Source of the DNA: a virus
Reading direction: 5' to 3' (one strand)
Virus record (IMG/VR): IMGVR_UViG_3300022902_000008
DNA: 64,000 bases
This document shows, piece by piece, positions 35,758 through 45,316 of this stretch (position 1 is the stretch's first letter; every line of letters begins with the position of its first letter). Both the position numbers and the translations under genes were made by a program. The notes under the pieces were generated by a model that ran no database searches, had not been told where the DNA came from, and saw only the letters and a list, made by a program, of their open reading frames with translations.

Positions 35758-36048
35758 ATGGACAATAAATATAAAGTAGGTGATGTTATATTTTGCAAAG
35801 CATATTATTATAATTATAGAAAAGATGTTTATTATAATAAAAAAGATATTGATAATAAATATTACTATATGGCTGATGATGCAGGTGATATTTATTATTA
35901 TGGTGTTGGCATAATAGCTGGTTATAGAACTAGTGGTATGTATCATGATCATGATGCTATATATTTAGTTAATGGCATTGCCAGTGGTATTAATAATTAT
36001 GATCATGATTCAATGGTGGTTCGAGAGAGGGATATAATGCAAGGTTGA
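35758..36048 (+). CDS. SH3/KOW-like family member
   Basis: YKVGDVIFCK...YYGVGII...YLVN...VRERDI. Confidence 0.72.
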   Translation: MDNKYKVGDVIFCKAYYYNYRKDVYYNKKDIDNKYYYMADDAGDIYYYGVGIIAGYRTSGMYHDHDAIYLVNGIASGINNYDHDSMVVRERDIMQG

Positions 36049-36102
36049 TTTTTGCAGAGCTTTGGATTTTCTAGAAAATAATATTAAATAATTTTCAAAA
36101 GT

Positions 36103-36133
36103 GGTTAACAAACAGGAGTGATTATGGTATAAG
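36103..36133 (+). promoter_or_regulatory. Early promoter copy 18
   Basis: GGTTAACA-17-TGg TATAAG. Confidence 0.85.
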
Positions 36134-36175
36134 GGTTTTGTTGACAAGTTATAACTTTTAAAGGGGAGGCAAAAA

Positions 36176-37258
36176 ATGTCAAAGAAAATTCTTGTTAAAG
36201 AGACAAAAAAGATTCTTGCTGACATGGTAACAAAAGATATTAATAAATACATTCGAATTGCTTATAAAGCGAGAGACATTTTAAATGATAAGGTTCGTGA
36301 TTGTTGTGAGAGATCTATTAATCATACTAACACAATTGATATTGATTGGAATCGTTTTATTTCTAATATGTATTCCGGAATGCATATCAGTAATAAAAAC
36401 ACATCAAAAGACATAAGTTGGCTTCGTAAACAAAATAACTTTAATGATTCAGTTGATAGTTTTATGTGTAATGATAAGTTTAAAGCCAACGTAAATTATT
36501 TTGAAACAAGGGTTAATGCGTCAAAGTTACACAAAGAACACAAACAATTAGATGTTGATGGCAATGATTGTACTGTTTCTATTTTTACTTTTGATATTTA
36601 CAGTGAAGATTTAAAGTCTCGTCGATCATTTTCAGACTTACTGTCTGACAGTTGTTATTTGTCTGACAATTATTTTTGTCGCATTGAATTTGTTGTGGTT
36701 TATAACAAAGAACAAACAGAGATTAAGTATATTTATGTTTGCGATAATAATTATGGCAACATTACTTATCATAATTATGGTGATTTTATTAATAATACTT
36801 ATATGCCTATTGATAATGTTGTTTCTACTGCTGAGGATTGTTTTTATTATAGGTATGATTTAAGCAACAATACTGAGAAAGTTAATAATGAGAATGATAT
36901 TGCAAATACTTTTTATGTATCATTTCTTGAGCGCAAGCTTAATAGGTTTAACAATTGTATTTGCGAATATGGAAATGAAGTTAAAAAGTCTAAAGCTTCT
37001 GTTGTTGATATGCAGAAAAAGGAGGCTGACAATTATAATTTGATTAACATCATTAAGGGTGTGATTGGTAAAGAAAAGTTTGATTTAATCAAAAAGGTTT
37101 CAACTGTTTGTTCTGCCAAAGGCTCTAATGTTTCAATTAATGATATTGTTAGTTTGGGTAAGTTGTTCTGTAGCACCAATGAAAATAAGAGTAATAAAAG
37201 GGAAGATGGAGTAATTTACTTTAATGGTATGCCTTGCAACTATCCGCCTTATAAATAA
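36176..37258 (+). CDS. Hypothetical early protein
   Basis: 360 aa; GGGGAGG RBS. Confidence 0.75.
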   Translation: MSKKILVKETKKILADMVTKDINKYIRIAYKARDILNDKVRDCCERSINHTNTIDIDWNRFISNMYSGMHISNKNTSKDISWLRKQNNFNDSVDSFMCNDKFKANVNYFETRVNASKLHKEHKQLDVDGNDCTVSIFTFDIYSEDLKSRRSFSDLLSDSCYLSDNYFCRIEFVVVYNKEQTEIKYIYVCDNNYGNITYHNYGDFINNTYMPIDNVVSTAEDCFYYRYDLSNNTEKVNNENDIANTFYVSFLERKLNRFNNCICEYGNEVKKSKASVVDMQKKEADNYNLINIIKGVIGKEKFDLIKKVSTVCSAKGSNVSINDIVSLGKLFCSTNENKSNKREDGVIYFNGMPCNYPPYK

Positions 37259-37292
37259 TTGACAAACTAGTTTTTTAAAAAAGGAGGTTATC

Positions 37293-37520
37293 ATGTCTTC
37301 TAATTCTTATTCTAAGGTTTATATTCCTATAAAAATTGGTCGTTCTAGTTATTGCTATGGTTGTGACGTTGATTATTATAACCAGAATGAGATTAATGTG
37401 GCAGATCGTATTTCTATTGTTCTCCAAGTTGAGGGTATTCTTAATGTTAAAAATATTATTAATTGGCATGTACACATGAACAATATTAAAAATGATGTTA
37501 ATAGAAAGGTTAAAGGGTAA
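37293..37520 (+). CDS. Hypothetical protein
   Basis: AAAGGAGG RBS. Confidence 0.6.
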   Translation: MSSNSYSKVYIPIKIGRSSYCYGCDVDYYNQNEINVADRISIVLQVEGILNVKNIINWHVHMNNIKNDVNRKVKG

Positions 37521-37528
37521 AGGTTTCA

Positions 37529-37774
37529 ATGATATGTCCTATTAATCCTGGTGTTTATTTTTTGAGACAAAGCCAAACAAGTGACTTTTTAAACATTAAT
37601 GATATTCTTCCTTTGTCAATTAAATATAAGGACTATTCAGGTTTAGTTTTTATTAAAGGTTTTGTTTGTAATGCTAAGAAGGGCCGAGTAGTTTTTAAGG
37701 TTAAGGTTTTGGGTTATGATAGGTCATGTTATCTGAGATGTTTTATTGGTAATTTAATAAAGGTTGAGTGTTAA
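37529..37774 (+). CDS. SH3/KOW-like family member
   Basis: INPGVYFL...YSGLVFI...FKVKV. Confidence 0.55.
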   Translation: MICPINPGVYFLRQSQTSDFLNINDILPLSIKYKDYSGLVFIKGFVCNAKKGRVVFKVKVLGYDRSCYLRCFIGNLIKVEC

Positions 37775-38044
37775 ATGAGTTATTCTGATCAGTTTTATAT
37801 GGGAAGAGGCTTTTATTGGATTGATGGGCTATCAATATATAATTCAGATATTGGGTATCCAATTAGATATTATGGCTTGGCTTTAATTAATGATTTTTTT
37901 CAAAACACAAAAGGACAAAATTTTGTTAAGTTTCATGTTTTAATGGGTGGCGCAATAAAGAAGAGAGAGTTTTATTATCAGGTTTGGGGTGATGATTTTA
38001 AAAAAATAAAGTTTATTGAAAAAACAGGAGGGCAAGATGAATGA
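37775..38044 (+). CDS. SH3/KOW-like family member
   Basis: GFYWID...YYGLALI. Confidence 0.62.
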   Translation: MSYSDQFYMGRGFYWIDGLSIYNSDIGYPIRYYGLALINDFFQNTKGQNFVKFHVLMGGAIKKREFYYQVWGDDFKKIKFIEKTGGQDE

Positions 38045-38432
38045 GTTTAGTGAAGGTAGTGATTTGATAACCTTAAAAGAGGCAAAGGTTATTTTAGCTA
38101 AAATTTTCTTAGGAATTATTGTGTTAGTTTTTATTGTTGGTGCTATTGGTGTTGGTTATAAATATGTATTCGCTCCGATTGACAAGAAGATTGAGCGAAA
38201 GGTAGCTGTTGAGTCTCATCAATATCAAGAATCAGCACAAAATGCATTGGTACAACTTGCGGAACAATATAGACGCCTTGAAGTTGACGTGGCAAAAAAT
38301 ATAAATAATCAAGTTGTGGTTGATGCATTAAATAGTCAGATGTCTGCTATTAAAAGTCAAATGAGACTTAAGGTTAAAAATGTTCCTGGTGATATGGTTC
38401 CAATTGGAGTTCGTTCTATTATTAATAATTAA
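38037..38432 (+). CDS. Single-TM coiled-coil membrane protein
   Basis: ILAKIFLGIIVLVFIVGAIGVG followed by a coiled coil. Confidence 0.7.
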   Translation: MNEFSEGSDLITLKEAKVILAKIFLGIIVLVFIVGAIGVGYKYVFAPIDKKIERKVAVESHQYQESAQNALVQLAEQYRRLEVDVAKNINNQVVVDALNSQMSAIKSQMRLKVKNVPGDMVPIGVRSIINN

Positions 38433-38443
38433 TTTTCAAAACT

Positions 38444-38474
38444 GGTTAACAAATGTGATAGTTTGTGGTATAAG
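38444..38474 (+). promoter_or_regulatory. Early promoter copy 19
   Basis: GGTTAACA-17-TGg TATAAG. Confidence 0.85.
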
Positions 38475-38529
38475 GGTCTTGTTGATAACGGGAGATAATA
38501 TTTTTAAACAAAAAAATGGAGGTTTTGTT

Positions 38530-39114
38530 ATGAGAAGGTTTTTTGTATATTTTATGGTTGTTGTCTTTGTTATGGTTGGCATGGTTGGCTGCAAAGACTT
38601 TAATAATAATTCTAATAATAAAGAAAACGAAGCTGTTGAACAGCAACAGGCTCATTATCTTGCTGCACAACCAATTCCATTTTTTGAATGGAGTTTTGAA
38701 AGAGATCTTGTGGTTAAGTTATATGAGTTAAGGAATAAAAAGGTTGCAACATATTCTGTTTGGAGGTCTTTAAGTGGTGTGATTGAAGATCATTGCCCAA
38801 GTATTGGGTTTGGAATTCCTTATGATACTTCACTTACTAATCCACTTACTGCTACTAATATGGCTGATAATGGTCAGCGACGAGGCCGGGGAGCACTTAC
38901 TTCAGTTGGCAAGGCTGAGCCTAATGGAATATATCAGTCTCAGAATACTAATGCTACATGGGTGATGTGTGTTGGTGATGATGGTAATATTGAGCCAGTT
39001 TATGTGGAAAGCAAGGTGACTACATATCCTTATATGGTAACGGTAGACATGGATAAAAACAGAGTTAAACGTATTGGAAAGTCAAGTGTTGTTTTTTCTT
39101 TAAATGAAAAATAA
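38530..39114 (+). CDS. Phage lipoprotein
   Basis: MRRFF..hydrophobic..MVG-C lipobox; SIGFGIPY, AEPNG, TWVMC motifs. Confidence 0.8.
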   Translation: MRRFFVYFMVVVFVMVGMVGCKDFNNNSNNKENEAVEQQQAHYLAAQPIPFFEWSFERDLVVKLYELRNKKVATYSVWRSLSGVIEDHCPSIGFGIPYDTSLTNPLTATNMADNGQRRGRGALTSVGKAEPNGIYQSQNTNATWVMCVGDDGNIEPVYVESKVTTYPYMVTVDMDKNRVKRIGKSSVVFSLNEK

Positions 39115-39131
39115 AGTTAATTTCAAAAAGT

Positions 39132-39162
39132 GGTTAACAAACGGACTTGTTTATGGTATAAG
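39132..39162 (+). promoter_or_regulatory. Early promoter copy 20
   Basis: GGTTAACA-17-TGg TATAAG. Confidence 0.85.
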
Positions 39163-39223
39163 GGTCTTGTTGACAGGTTGATTGATTGTTTTAATTGTTT
39201 TAATTGATGAAATGGAGGTTAGC

Positions 39224-39616
39224 ATGTTTAATTTTGGTGGAAATGATGTTCTTGGTCTTACGGATATGGCTGAGCTTCTTGGTGAGGCTGGCGTAACAAT
39301 GGATGATGTTGCTCGTCGTTATGCCGAGAAGCGCCCTGGTTGGGATAATTATGATAGGGCGGTTGTTACTATTAGTGGAATTGCTATGATGCTTGGTCTT
39401 GAGGGTAATCTTGGTTTTGCTCTGGGAGTTCTTGAGACTGCATATGTGGAGCAGGAGAAGCGAAACGTTGTTGACGATGTTATTGCTACTCGTCAGGCCG
39501 ATCTTCTTGCCCGTCGTGATGAAATTGATGCAGAGCTTAGTGAGCTTGAGAATGATGAAGTAATTCGGGATCTGAATGCTGATTCTTGTCCTTGTCCTCA
39601 TTGTGGTGGTTGTTAA
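39224..39616 (+). CDS. Hypothetical early protein with Cys-rich C-terminus
   Basis: GGAGG RBS; higher-GC codon usage; ends CPCPHCGGC. Confidence 0.75.
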   Translation: MFNFGGNDVLGLTDMAELLGEAGVTMDDVARRYAEKRPGWDNYDRAVVTISGIAMMLGLEGNLGFALGVLETAYVEQEKRNVVDDVIATRQADLLARRDEIDAELSELENDEVIRDLNADSCPCPHCGGC

Positions 39617-39671
39617 TTTTAAGAGAGTGTGGTGTAGGTGTTTTGGTGTTGATAACAAGGAGGTAGTTAAA

Positions 39672-40082
39672 ATGAACCTTCCCTTGTCGTTGTCTAATAA
39701 GGATCGTTCTTATATGGAAATGGCGATACAAGAAGCATTTAATGCAGACCGATTTTTTCGGGCTAGACATGGTGCTGTTCTTATTAAGGGAGGTTCGTTA
39801 ATTTCAAGGGGATATAATAAAAACTCTCATTGCTCTTTTGGTGGTCGATTTCGTAATTTGTTTGTAAAGGGTGAGCCAACACTTCATGCAGAGCTTGCTT
39901 GTGTACTTGGCATTTCTAGGGGTAAAACAAGCGGTGCTACTATTTATGTTGTTAGGCTCGACAAGGACGATCATCTTCGTATGAGCAAGCCTTGTCCTAT
40001 GTGTATGGCGGCTCTTAGGTTTGTTGGTGTAAATAAGGTTGTTTTTACGACGAATGATGGTGTGGATATTATTAGGATTTAG
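39672..40082 (+). CDS. Cytidine/dCMP deaminase family protein
   Basis: HGAVL, GYN, LHAE, SKPCPMC zinc motifs; AGGAGG RBS. Confidence 0.88.
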   Translation: MNLPLSLSNKDRSYMEMAIQEAFNADRFFRARHGAVLIKGGSLISRGYNKNSHCSFGGRFRNLFVKGEPTLHAELACVLGISRGKTSGATIYVVRLDKDDHLRMSKPCPMCMAALRFVGVNKVVFTTNDGVDIIRI

Positions 40083-40095
40083 GGTTTATAATATA

Positions 40096-40320
40096 ATGGG
40101 CAAAAACAAGAAAAAAAGAAAAAAAGGTAACAAGAAAATGAAAGGCAACAAGAAAGACAATGCTTATATGAATTACAAAAAGATCATGCGTGATCAAATG
40201 GTTAACGATGGTTTTTTTGATGGTCGTTTTAAAGAGAGGAGTGTTCCAAACAAAAAGAAGAAGGCATATGACAAGAAGGGACAGAGAAAGTGGGATTGGA
40301 GAAAAGAAGTTGATTGTTGA
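40096..40320 (+). CDS. Small basic protein
   Basis: Lys-rich; GFFDGRFK motif. Confidence 0.6.
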   Translation: MGKNKKKRKKGNKKMKGNKKDNAYMNYKKIMRDQMVNDGFFDGRFKERSVPNKKKKAYDKKGQRKWDWRKEVDC

Positions 40321-40819
40321 TAAGAAAACATACCTCACGTCAGATTTTCATTTTGGCCATGAGAACATTATAAAGTTTTGCAATAGGCCATTTAAAAATC
40401 GACATCAAATGGACTCAGCTATGATTGACAATTACAATTCAATAGTTGCTGATGATGATATTGTTTTCATTCTTGGTGATTTTTCTATGTCAAATAATAG
40501 AGAGGTCATTTCTTCTTATTGCAATAAACTTAAGGGACAAAAACATTTAATACTTGGCAATCATGATAGGATGAGGCCTTTTGCATATGTTGACTGTGGC
40601 TTTGCATCTGTTCATACATCTTATGTTTTAGAAAAATATAATTTATTTATGGTTCATGATCCTGCTGTTTGTGTTGTTGGTAAACAGATGGGATACAATT
40701 GTGTTTGTGGTCATATCCATAATTTATTTAAGTTTCATAATGGTGTTCTTAATGTTGGCGTTGATGTTAGTGATTTTAAACCGATATCAATTGACAAGGT
40801 AATGGAACATTATGTTTGA
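40310..40819 (+). CDS. Calcineurin-like metallophosphoesterase
   Basis: SDFHFGH, LGD, GNHD, H, GHIH, NVGVD; probable TTG start at 40310. Confidence 0.92.
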   Translation: MIVDKKTYLTSDFHFGHENIIKFCNRPFKNRHQMDSAMIDNYNSIVADDDIVFILGDFSMSNNREVISSYCNKLKGQKHLILGNHDRMRPFAYVDCGFASVHTSYVLEKYNLFMVHDPAVCVVGKQMGYNCVCGHIHNLFKFHNGVLNVGVDVSDFKPISIDKVMEHYV

Positions 40820-41096
40820 TGTTGGAGATGTAGTTTGGATTGGTGAGGCTAATGTAGTAAAAAGTCATTTAATGAACTTATATATTGCCAACAAAGTTAA
40901 AGATAAGTTTGGTATTGTTGTTGGCTTTAATGGCTCGTTTAATAAAAATAATGCAGATGTTTATGTCAAAGTTAAAATTAATTATAATGCAAAAAGAGAT
41001 TCTTGGAATTTTATAGGAATAGAAGACAATACATCTATTGTGTTTCTTTTTGATCATGATTGTGATTGTTTATCATTGGTAAAGAAAAATGGCTGA
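40812..41096 (+). CDS. SH3/KOW-like family member
   Basis: FDVGDVVWIG...FGIVVG...VYVKV. Confidence 0.68.
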   Translation: MFDVGDVVWIGEANVVKSHLMNLYIANKVKDKFGIVVGFNGSFNKNNADVYVKVKINYNAKRDSWNFIGIEDNTSIVFLFDHDCDCLSLVKKNG

Positions 41097-41406
41097 TAAA
41101 AATAAAAAACTTAACATAGTTCCAAACTATAAAATTGGTGATGTTGTGTGGGTTAAGTGTGCCCTTGAAGAATCTAATTATTATGAAATTTATTTATATA
41201 ATAATAATATTGATCAATATAAAAATGATTTTAATGAGAATTCATTTGTTGGTGTTGCAATTATTAATTATGTTGAATTATATTTAGGCGCTGACAAATA
41301 TGATTTTGAAAGTCCAGAATTAAACTTTATTACATATGAAGTTTATTTATCTAACGGGGTGTTCCACTCCATATCGGAACATGAGATATTATATAAAATA
41401 GGATAA
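41089..41406 (+). CDS. SH3/KOW-like family member
   Basis: YKIGDVVWVK...FVGVAII...YEVY...ISEHEI. Confidence 0.78.
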   Translation: MADKNKKLNIVPNYKIGDVVWVKCALEESNYYEIYLYNNNIDQYKNDFNENSFVGVAIINYVELYLGADKYDFESPELNFITYEVYLSNGVFHSISEHEILYKIG

Positions 41407-41409
41407 CAA

Positions 41410-42072
41410 ATGGTTATTAACAATAAAGGTAAGTGTAAAAAGTTAAGTTTATATCAGAGGATAAAGATTATTAATTATAATCAATCTGCGTTCTTTTATA
41501 TGTTTATACTTAATTTTATATTGTTTAATATTTTTGCTTTGTTTTTTTTGGCATTTAATGTTTATTCTTGTGGTTTTATTGTTATTTCATATTCAATATC
41601 ATCTGTATTATATTTATTGTTTGATTTTTTTAAATTTCATTCTATTGATAACATTATAAGAAATTGGAATAATTATTTTTCAATTGAAGATAATAATTTA
41701 TTTTTTGTATCATTTAAGATGGAGCCATTTATGTTTGATGTTGATTATATTGCTAAAAAATATTTTAAAGATAGTGGTCCTTATCATTTTTCTTGTCGAT
41801 TAAATGCGTATGATTATTTAGATAATAATGTTAAAAATAGACAATATAATGGGCTGATTAAGATTGATTTTAAAAACTCTAAATTATATAGTAATAATGA
41901 CATTGTGTTTTTTAGTGAAAGTAAGAAAGGTTTTAACGGAATTAATAATAGGTTTATTGATGATATGTTTTTAGAGTTATCTTTTTATGTTTTTACTGAT
42001 AATAAAATGTTGTATTTAAATCATTTTGTAGGTAGTTTTGATAAATTTTATATAGTAGAAAATCATGATTAA
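41410..42072 (+). CDS. Two-TM membrane protein
   Basis: Two hydrophobic helices; YNGLIKI in the soluble part. Confidence 0.6.
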   Translation: MVINNKGKCKKLSLYQRIKIINYNQSAFFYMFILNFILFNIFALFFLAFNVYSCGFIVISYSISSVLYLLFDFFKFHSIDNIIRNWNNYFSIEDNNLFFVSFKMEPFMFDVDYIAKKYFKDSGPYHFSCRLNAYDYLDNNVKNRQYNGLIKIDFKNSKLYSNNDIVFFSESKKGFNGINNRFIDDMFLELSFYVFTDNKMLYLNHFVGSFDKFYIVENHD

Positions 42073-42721
42073 TTTTTTTAAACAATTTAAGCTTGATTTT
42101 AAAAAGTTAAGTTATATTTATAAAATGTTGTTTTGTTCTATTTATGGAAATGATGCTTATTTTGTTGTATTTGCTTTACCTGCTATTTGTCTTGTGTTGT
42201 CTGCTGTTTGTTTAAGCATAAGCAGTCTCCCTTCCCTTTATTATCTAATGGTTATTTTTTGTTGCATTTTTATGTTTGTGTGTGTTATATTTTCTATTGT
42301 TTGTAGAGTACTTGATGATAAATATATATCTGAAATATTTGATAATTTAGTTTATTTGGAAAGTGGTAAAATTTATTGGGTTGATAACTTTTGTTATAAT
42401 AAAATAGACTTTATTGATAGTAATAAAAATAAATTTATTAATAATTTTTTTGGTATTGTTAAAGTTTGTTATATTGGCGAATGTTCATACTCTTTTGAGA
42501 GATGTAGTCATGATAATTTTTTCATATTAAAAGATCGATATCGTTTAAATGGTAATAAATATATTAAAGGATTTAATAGGTATTATGAGTTGGTTCTTAG
42601 ATTAAGTGGGAATAATAATGAAGATATAAAGCTTGGTTTTTCTGGATCTTCTTTTCTTGAGCGAACTGATTATAGTTTTGATGGTATAAAAGAAATTAAT
42701 ATGGAGGAGACAAATGGCTAG
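42065..42721 (+). CDS. Two-TM protein fused to an SH3/KOW-like domain
   Basis: TM pair, then LESGKIYWVD...FFGIVKV. Confidence 0.6.
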   Translation: MINFFKQFKLDFKKLSYIYKMLFCSIYGNDAYFVVFALPAICLVLSAVCLSISSLPSLYYLMVIFCCIFMFVCVIFSIVCRVLDDKYISEIFDNLVYLESGKIYWVDNFCYNKIDFIDSNKNKFINNFFGIVKVCYIGECSYSFERCSHDNFFILKDRYRLNGNKYIKGFNRYYELVLRLSGNNNEDIKLGFSGSSFLERTDYSFDGIKEINMEETNG

Positions 42722-43478
42722 TTATGATTCACATTATTATTTTTGTGCTTGTATGTGCAAAGAGCTAGGTTTATCTGAGAAAGCAATAAAAAATGTTGCT
42801 TGGGCAAATCAGGCAATTGATGAAATGACTCCAAGAAAATTGCAACAGCATATTGGTTCGTCTGCGAAGAAAATGGTTTCGACACAGTGTTATGATTTTG
42901 ATTGGTGGAAGAGTTCTGATTATCCTGATCCAAGAACAATAATTTGGAAGAAGTTTCATTTTCCTGATATTATTACATGTCATATAAAAGATATTTGTAA
43001 GCTTATTTCTGATGATCGAATGAATATCGATCATGATTTATATAATCAGTTATTGTTGGGCAGGTATTTTCATACATATATGGATAGTTTTACTCATCAA
43101 GGATTTTTACCTTATTGTTCTGACAAGAATAAAAATAATTTGAAGGGTAGACCATGGAAAGAATTTTGGAAGAAAGTCCCACCTTCAATTGGTCATGCTG
43201 AGTTTGGAAATGAGCCAGATGAAATAGATATGGTATGGTATAATCAACTTGGTGATGTTGTCGATAATAAGAAAAGGTGGATTCAAATAGTTCAAACTGC
43301 AAGAGAACATTTAATGAAGTTTTTTCCTGATTGTATTGATTTGATTGTTGGCTATTATGATAAGGGTTCTAGGGTCAAGGCGATGAAAGAATATTCTGGA
43401 ATTGGGGAGTCTTGGAAATGGAGTGATAAAAAAATAATGGTAATGCAGAATATTGTTAAGAGGGAGTTTTTTGGATAA
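42714..43478 (+). CDS. DUF6765-like / zinc phospholipase C-fold protein
   Basis: HYY, QAIDE, FHFP, LGRYFHTYMDSFTHQGF, IGHAE..PD. Confidence 0.6.
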   Translation: MASYDSHYYFCACMCKELGLSEKAIKNVAWANQAIDEMTPRKLQQHIGSSAKKMVSTQCYDFDWWKSSDYPDPRTIIWKKFHFPDIITCHIKDICKLISDDRMNIDHDLYNQLLLGRYFHTYMDSFTHQGFLPYCSDKNKNNLKGRPWKEFWKKVPPSIGHAEFGNEPDEIDMVWYNQLGDVVDNKKRWIQIVQTAREHLMKFFPDCIDLIVGYYDKGSRVKAMKEYSGIGESWKWSDKKIMVMQNIVKREFFG

Positions 43479-44028
43479 ATTTAAGAATGTTATATATGAT
43501 GATCAAGTTGTGCTTAAGAGACATATTATAGATAGGTTTATTGAGAATTATAATAATGGTTTAAAGCTTGGTAATGTTGTTTGGACTAAAGTATATGAAT
43601 TTATGTGTAATGACAATCGTTTAAGTTTTGAAGAGTATGACAAGAAATATGTAGAAAATAATTGTTTGTCTGATTGTATAGTTTATGATGGGTTAGCGAT
43701 TGTCAGTAATCAGGATTGTGATGGTGAAATTGATGATGACTTAAGATATGAAAATGTATGTGGGTTGAGTCTTGATAGTTTCGATAAATATTTTGTTGAT
43801 TTAGAGTTTTTGGATGGTGTTGGAGAAGTTTGCCGTAAAATAAATCGTGATATTTTAACTCAAAGGCTTTTCTTTATGAATGATTATTGTTATTATGATG
43901 CAAAGATAGATAAGTTTTTTTATTATGTTAGCTTTCCTTTTGATATTGCCGTTAAAAGTATTATGGGTAAGTCTGTTTTTAGGTGTAATTATTTTGATGT
44001 TCTTGAAGATAACATTAAGGCAATTTAA
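43453..44028 (+). CDS. SH3/KOW-like family member with long insertions
   Basis: LKLGNVVWTK...YDGLAIV...YYVSF...VLEDNI. Confidence 0.65.
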   Translation: MLRGSFLDKFKNVIYDDQVVLKRHIIDRFIENYNNGLKLGNVVWTKVYEFMCNDNRLSFEEYDKKYVENNCLSDCIVYDGLAIVSNQDCDGEIDDDLRYENVCGLSLDSFDKYFVDLEFLDGVGEVCRKINRDILTQRLFFMNDYCYYDAKIDKFFYYVSFPFDIAVKSIMGKSVFRCNYFDVLEDNIKAI

Positions 44029-44048
44029 TTAAAAAAAATAGCTATTAT

Positions 44049-44079
44049 GGTTAACAGATGTTGTTTAATATGTTATAGT
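44049..44079 (+). promoter_or_regulatory. Early promoter copy 21
   Basis: GGTTAACA-17-TGt TATAGT. Confidence 0.85.
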
Positions 44080-44113
44080 GTCTTTGTTGACAATGAAGGA
44101 AGGGGGCTTTTTA

Positions 44114-45295
44114 ATGAAGATATATCAAGTAGGTGGTAGCATTAGAGATGAGGTTCTTGGTATAGAGGCCAAGGATTTTGATTATGTTGTAGTTGGCGCT
44201 ACTGTTGCTGAGTTTAAGGATAAATATCCTGAAGCTGAGTTGGTTGGTAAATCTTTTCCTGTTTTTATTGTTGATGGTGATGAATATGCTTTTGCAAGGA
44301 TTGAAAGAAAGATTGGTGTTGGTCATTGTGGGTTTGATGTTGATTATGAACCTACTGTAACCATTGAAGAGGATTTGATGAGAAGGGATCTTACGATTAA
44401 CGCAATTGCAAGAGATGTTGAAACTGGCGAAGTGGTTTATGTTGATGGTGCTTATGAAGATATTAAAAGTGGTGTTCTTCGTCATGTATCTGATGCTTTT
44501 TGTGAAGACCCTTTGAGGGTTTATAGGCTTGCAAGATTTGCTGCTAAGTTTCCTGAGTTTGTTGTTTGTGACAAAACCAAAAAGCTCTGCGAAGGCATGA
44601 AGCGTGAGCTTTCTCACCTCCCGACTGAGCGTGTTTTTGCCGAACTTTGCAAGGCGCTTAATTGCGAAATGCCGAGTAGGTTTTTTACTGTCCTTGATGA
44701 ATGTGGTGTGCTCGATGTTCATTTTAGTGAGATTGTTAAAATGAAAATTATCCCCGCAGGCCCAATTGAACACCATCCAGAGGGAGATCTTTTTAGTCAT
44801 ACTATGCAAGTGGTTGATGGTACTGTTAAGGATAGTGTGGCTAGGTTTGGAGCTTTGGTTCATGATTTTGGTAAGCTTGTTACTGACTCTAATAATTATC
44901 CTTGCCATTACCGTCATGATAGCGAAGGTGTTTTTAGTAGTGTCGTTATGGCTTTTTGTGATAAGTTTAAGGTAGGTGTAGAATATTCTAGGATGGCAAC
45001 GTTTTGTGCGAGGCATCATATGAGGGTTGGAAAGTTTTTTGAAATGAAGCCTGGGAAGCTTGTTTCTATGTTTGAGTATATGTCTAGGTTTGTTATTGAT
45101 TCTGATAAGTTTTTGTCTGTTGTTAATGCTGACGGTCAGAATGTTTGTAAAAAAGCTTTTGATTGTTGCTTAAAAAGTGTTATGATGGTAAAGCTTCCGG
45201 TGGAATATCATGATCGTGGAACTAAGTGTAAAGATATTCTTATGAATCTTAGATGTCATAAACTTAACAATTGTAGGAATTTTTATAGTAAATAA
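44114..45295 (+). CDS. cca: tRNA nucleotidyltransferase (class II CCA-adding enzyme) with HD domain
   Basis: VGGSIRD, DFD, EEDLMRRDLTINA, EDPLRVYRLARF, HHPE, HDFGK. Confidence 0.93.
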   Translation: MKIYQVGGSIRDEVLGIEAKDFDYVVVGATVAEFKDKYPEAELVGKSFPVFIVDGDEYAFARIERKIGVGHCGFDVDYEPTVTIEEDLMRRDLTINAIARDVETGEVVYVDGAYEDIKSGVLRHVSDAFCEDPLRVYRLARFAAKFPEFVVCDKTKKLCEGMKRELSHLPTERVFAELCKALNCEMPSRFFTVLDECGVLDVHFSEIVKMKIIPAGPIEHHPEGDLFSHTMQVVDGTVKDSVARFGALVHDFGKLVTDSNNYPCHYRHDSEGVFSSVVMAFCDKFKVGVEYSRMATFCARHHMRVGKFFEMKPGKLVSMFEYMSRFVIDSDKFLSVVNADGQNVCKKAFDCCLKSVMMVKLPVEYHDRGTKCKDILMNLRCHKLNNCRNFYSK

Positions 45296-45316
45296 TTTGA
45301 ATGGGGGAAGTTAATA

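Noticed and set aside
44111-45019. 302-aa antisense ORF opposite cca
   Set aside because: It is a shadow frame produced by codon bias, with no motifs or RBS. The same applies to the other antisense ORFs inside dnaE and larger genes.
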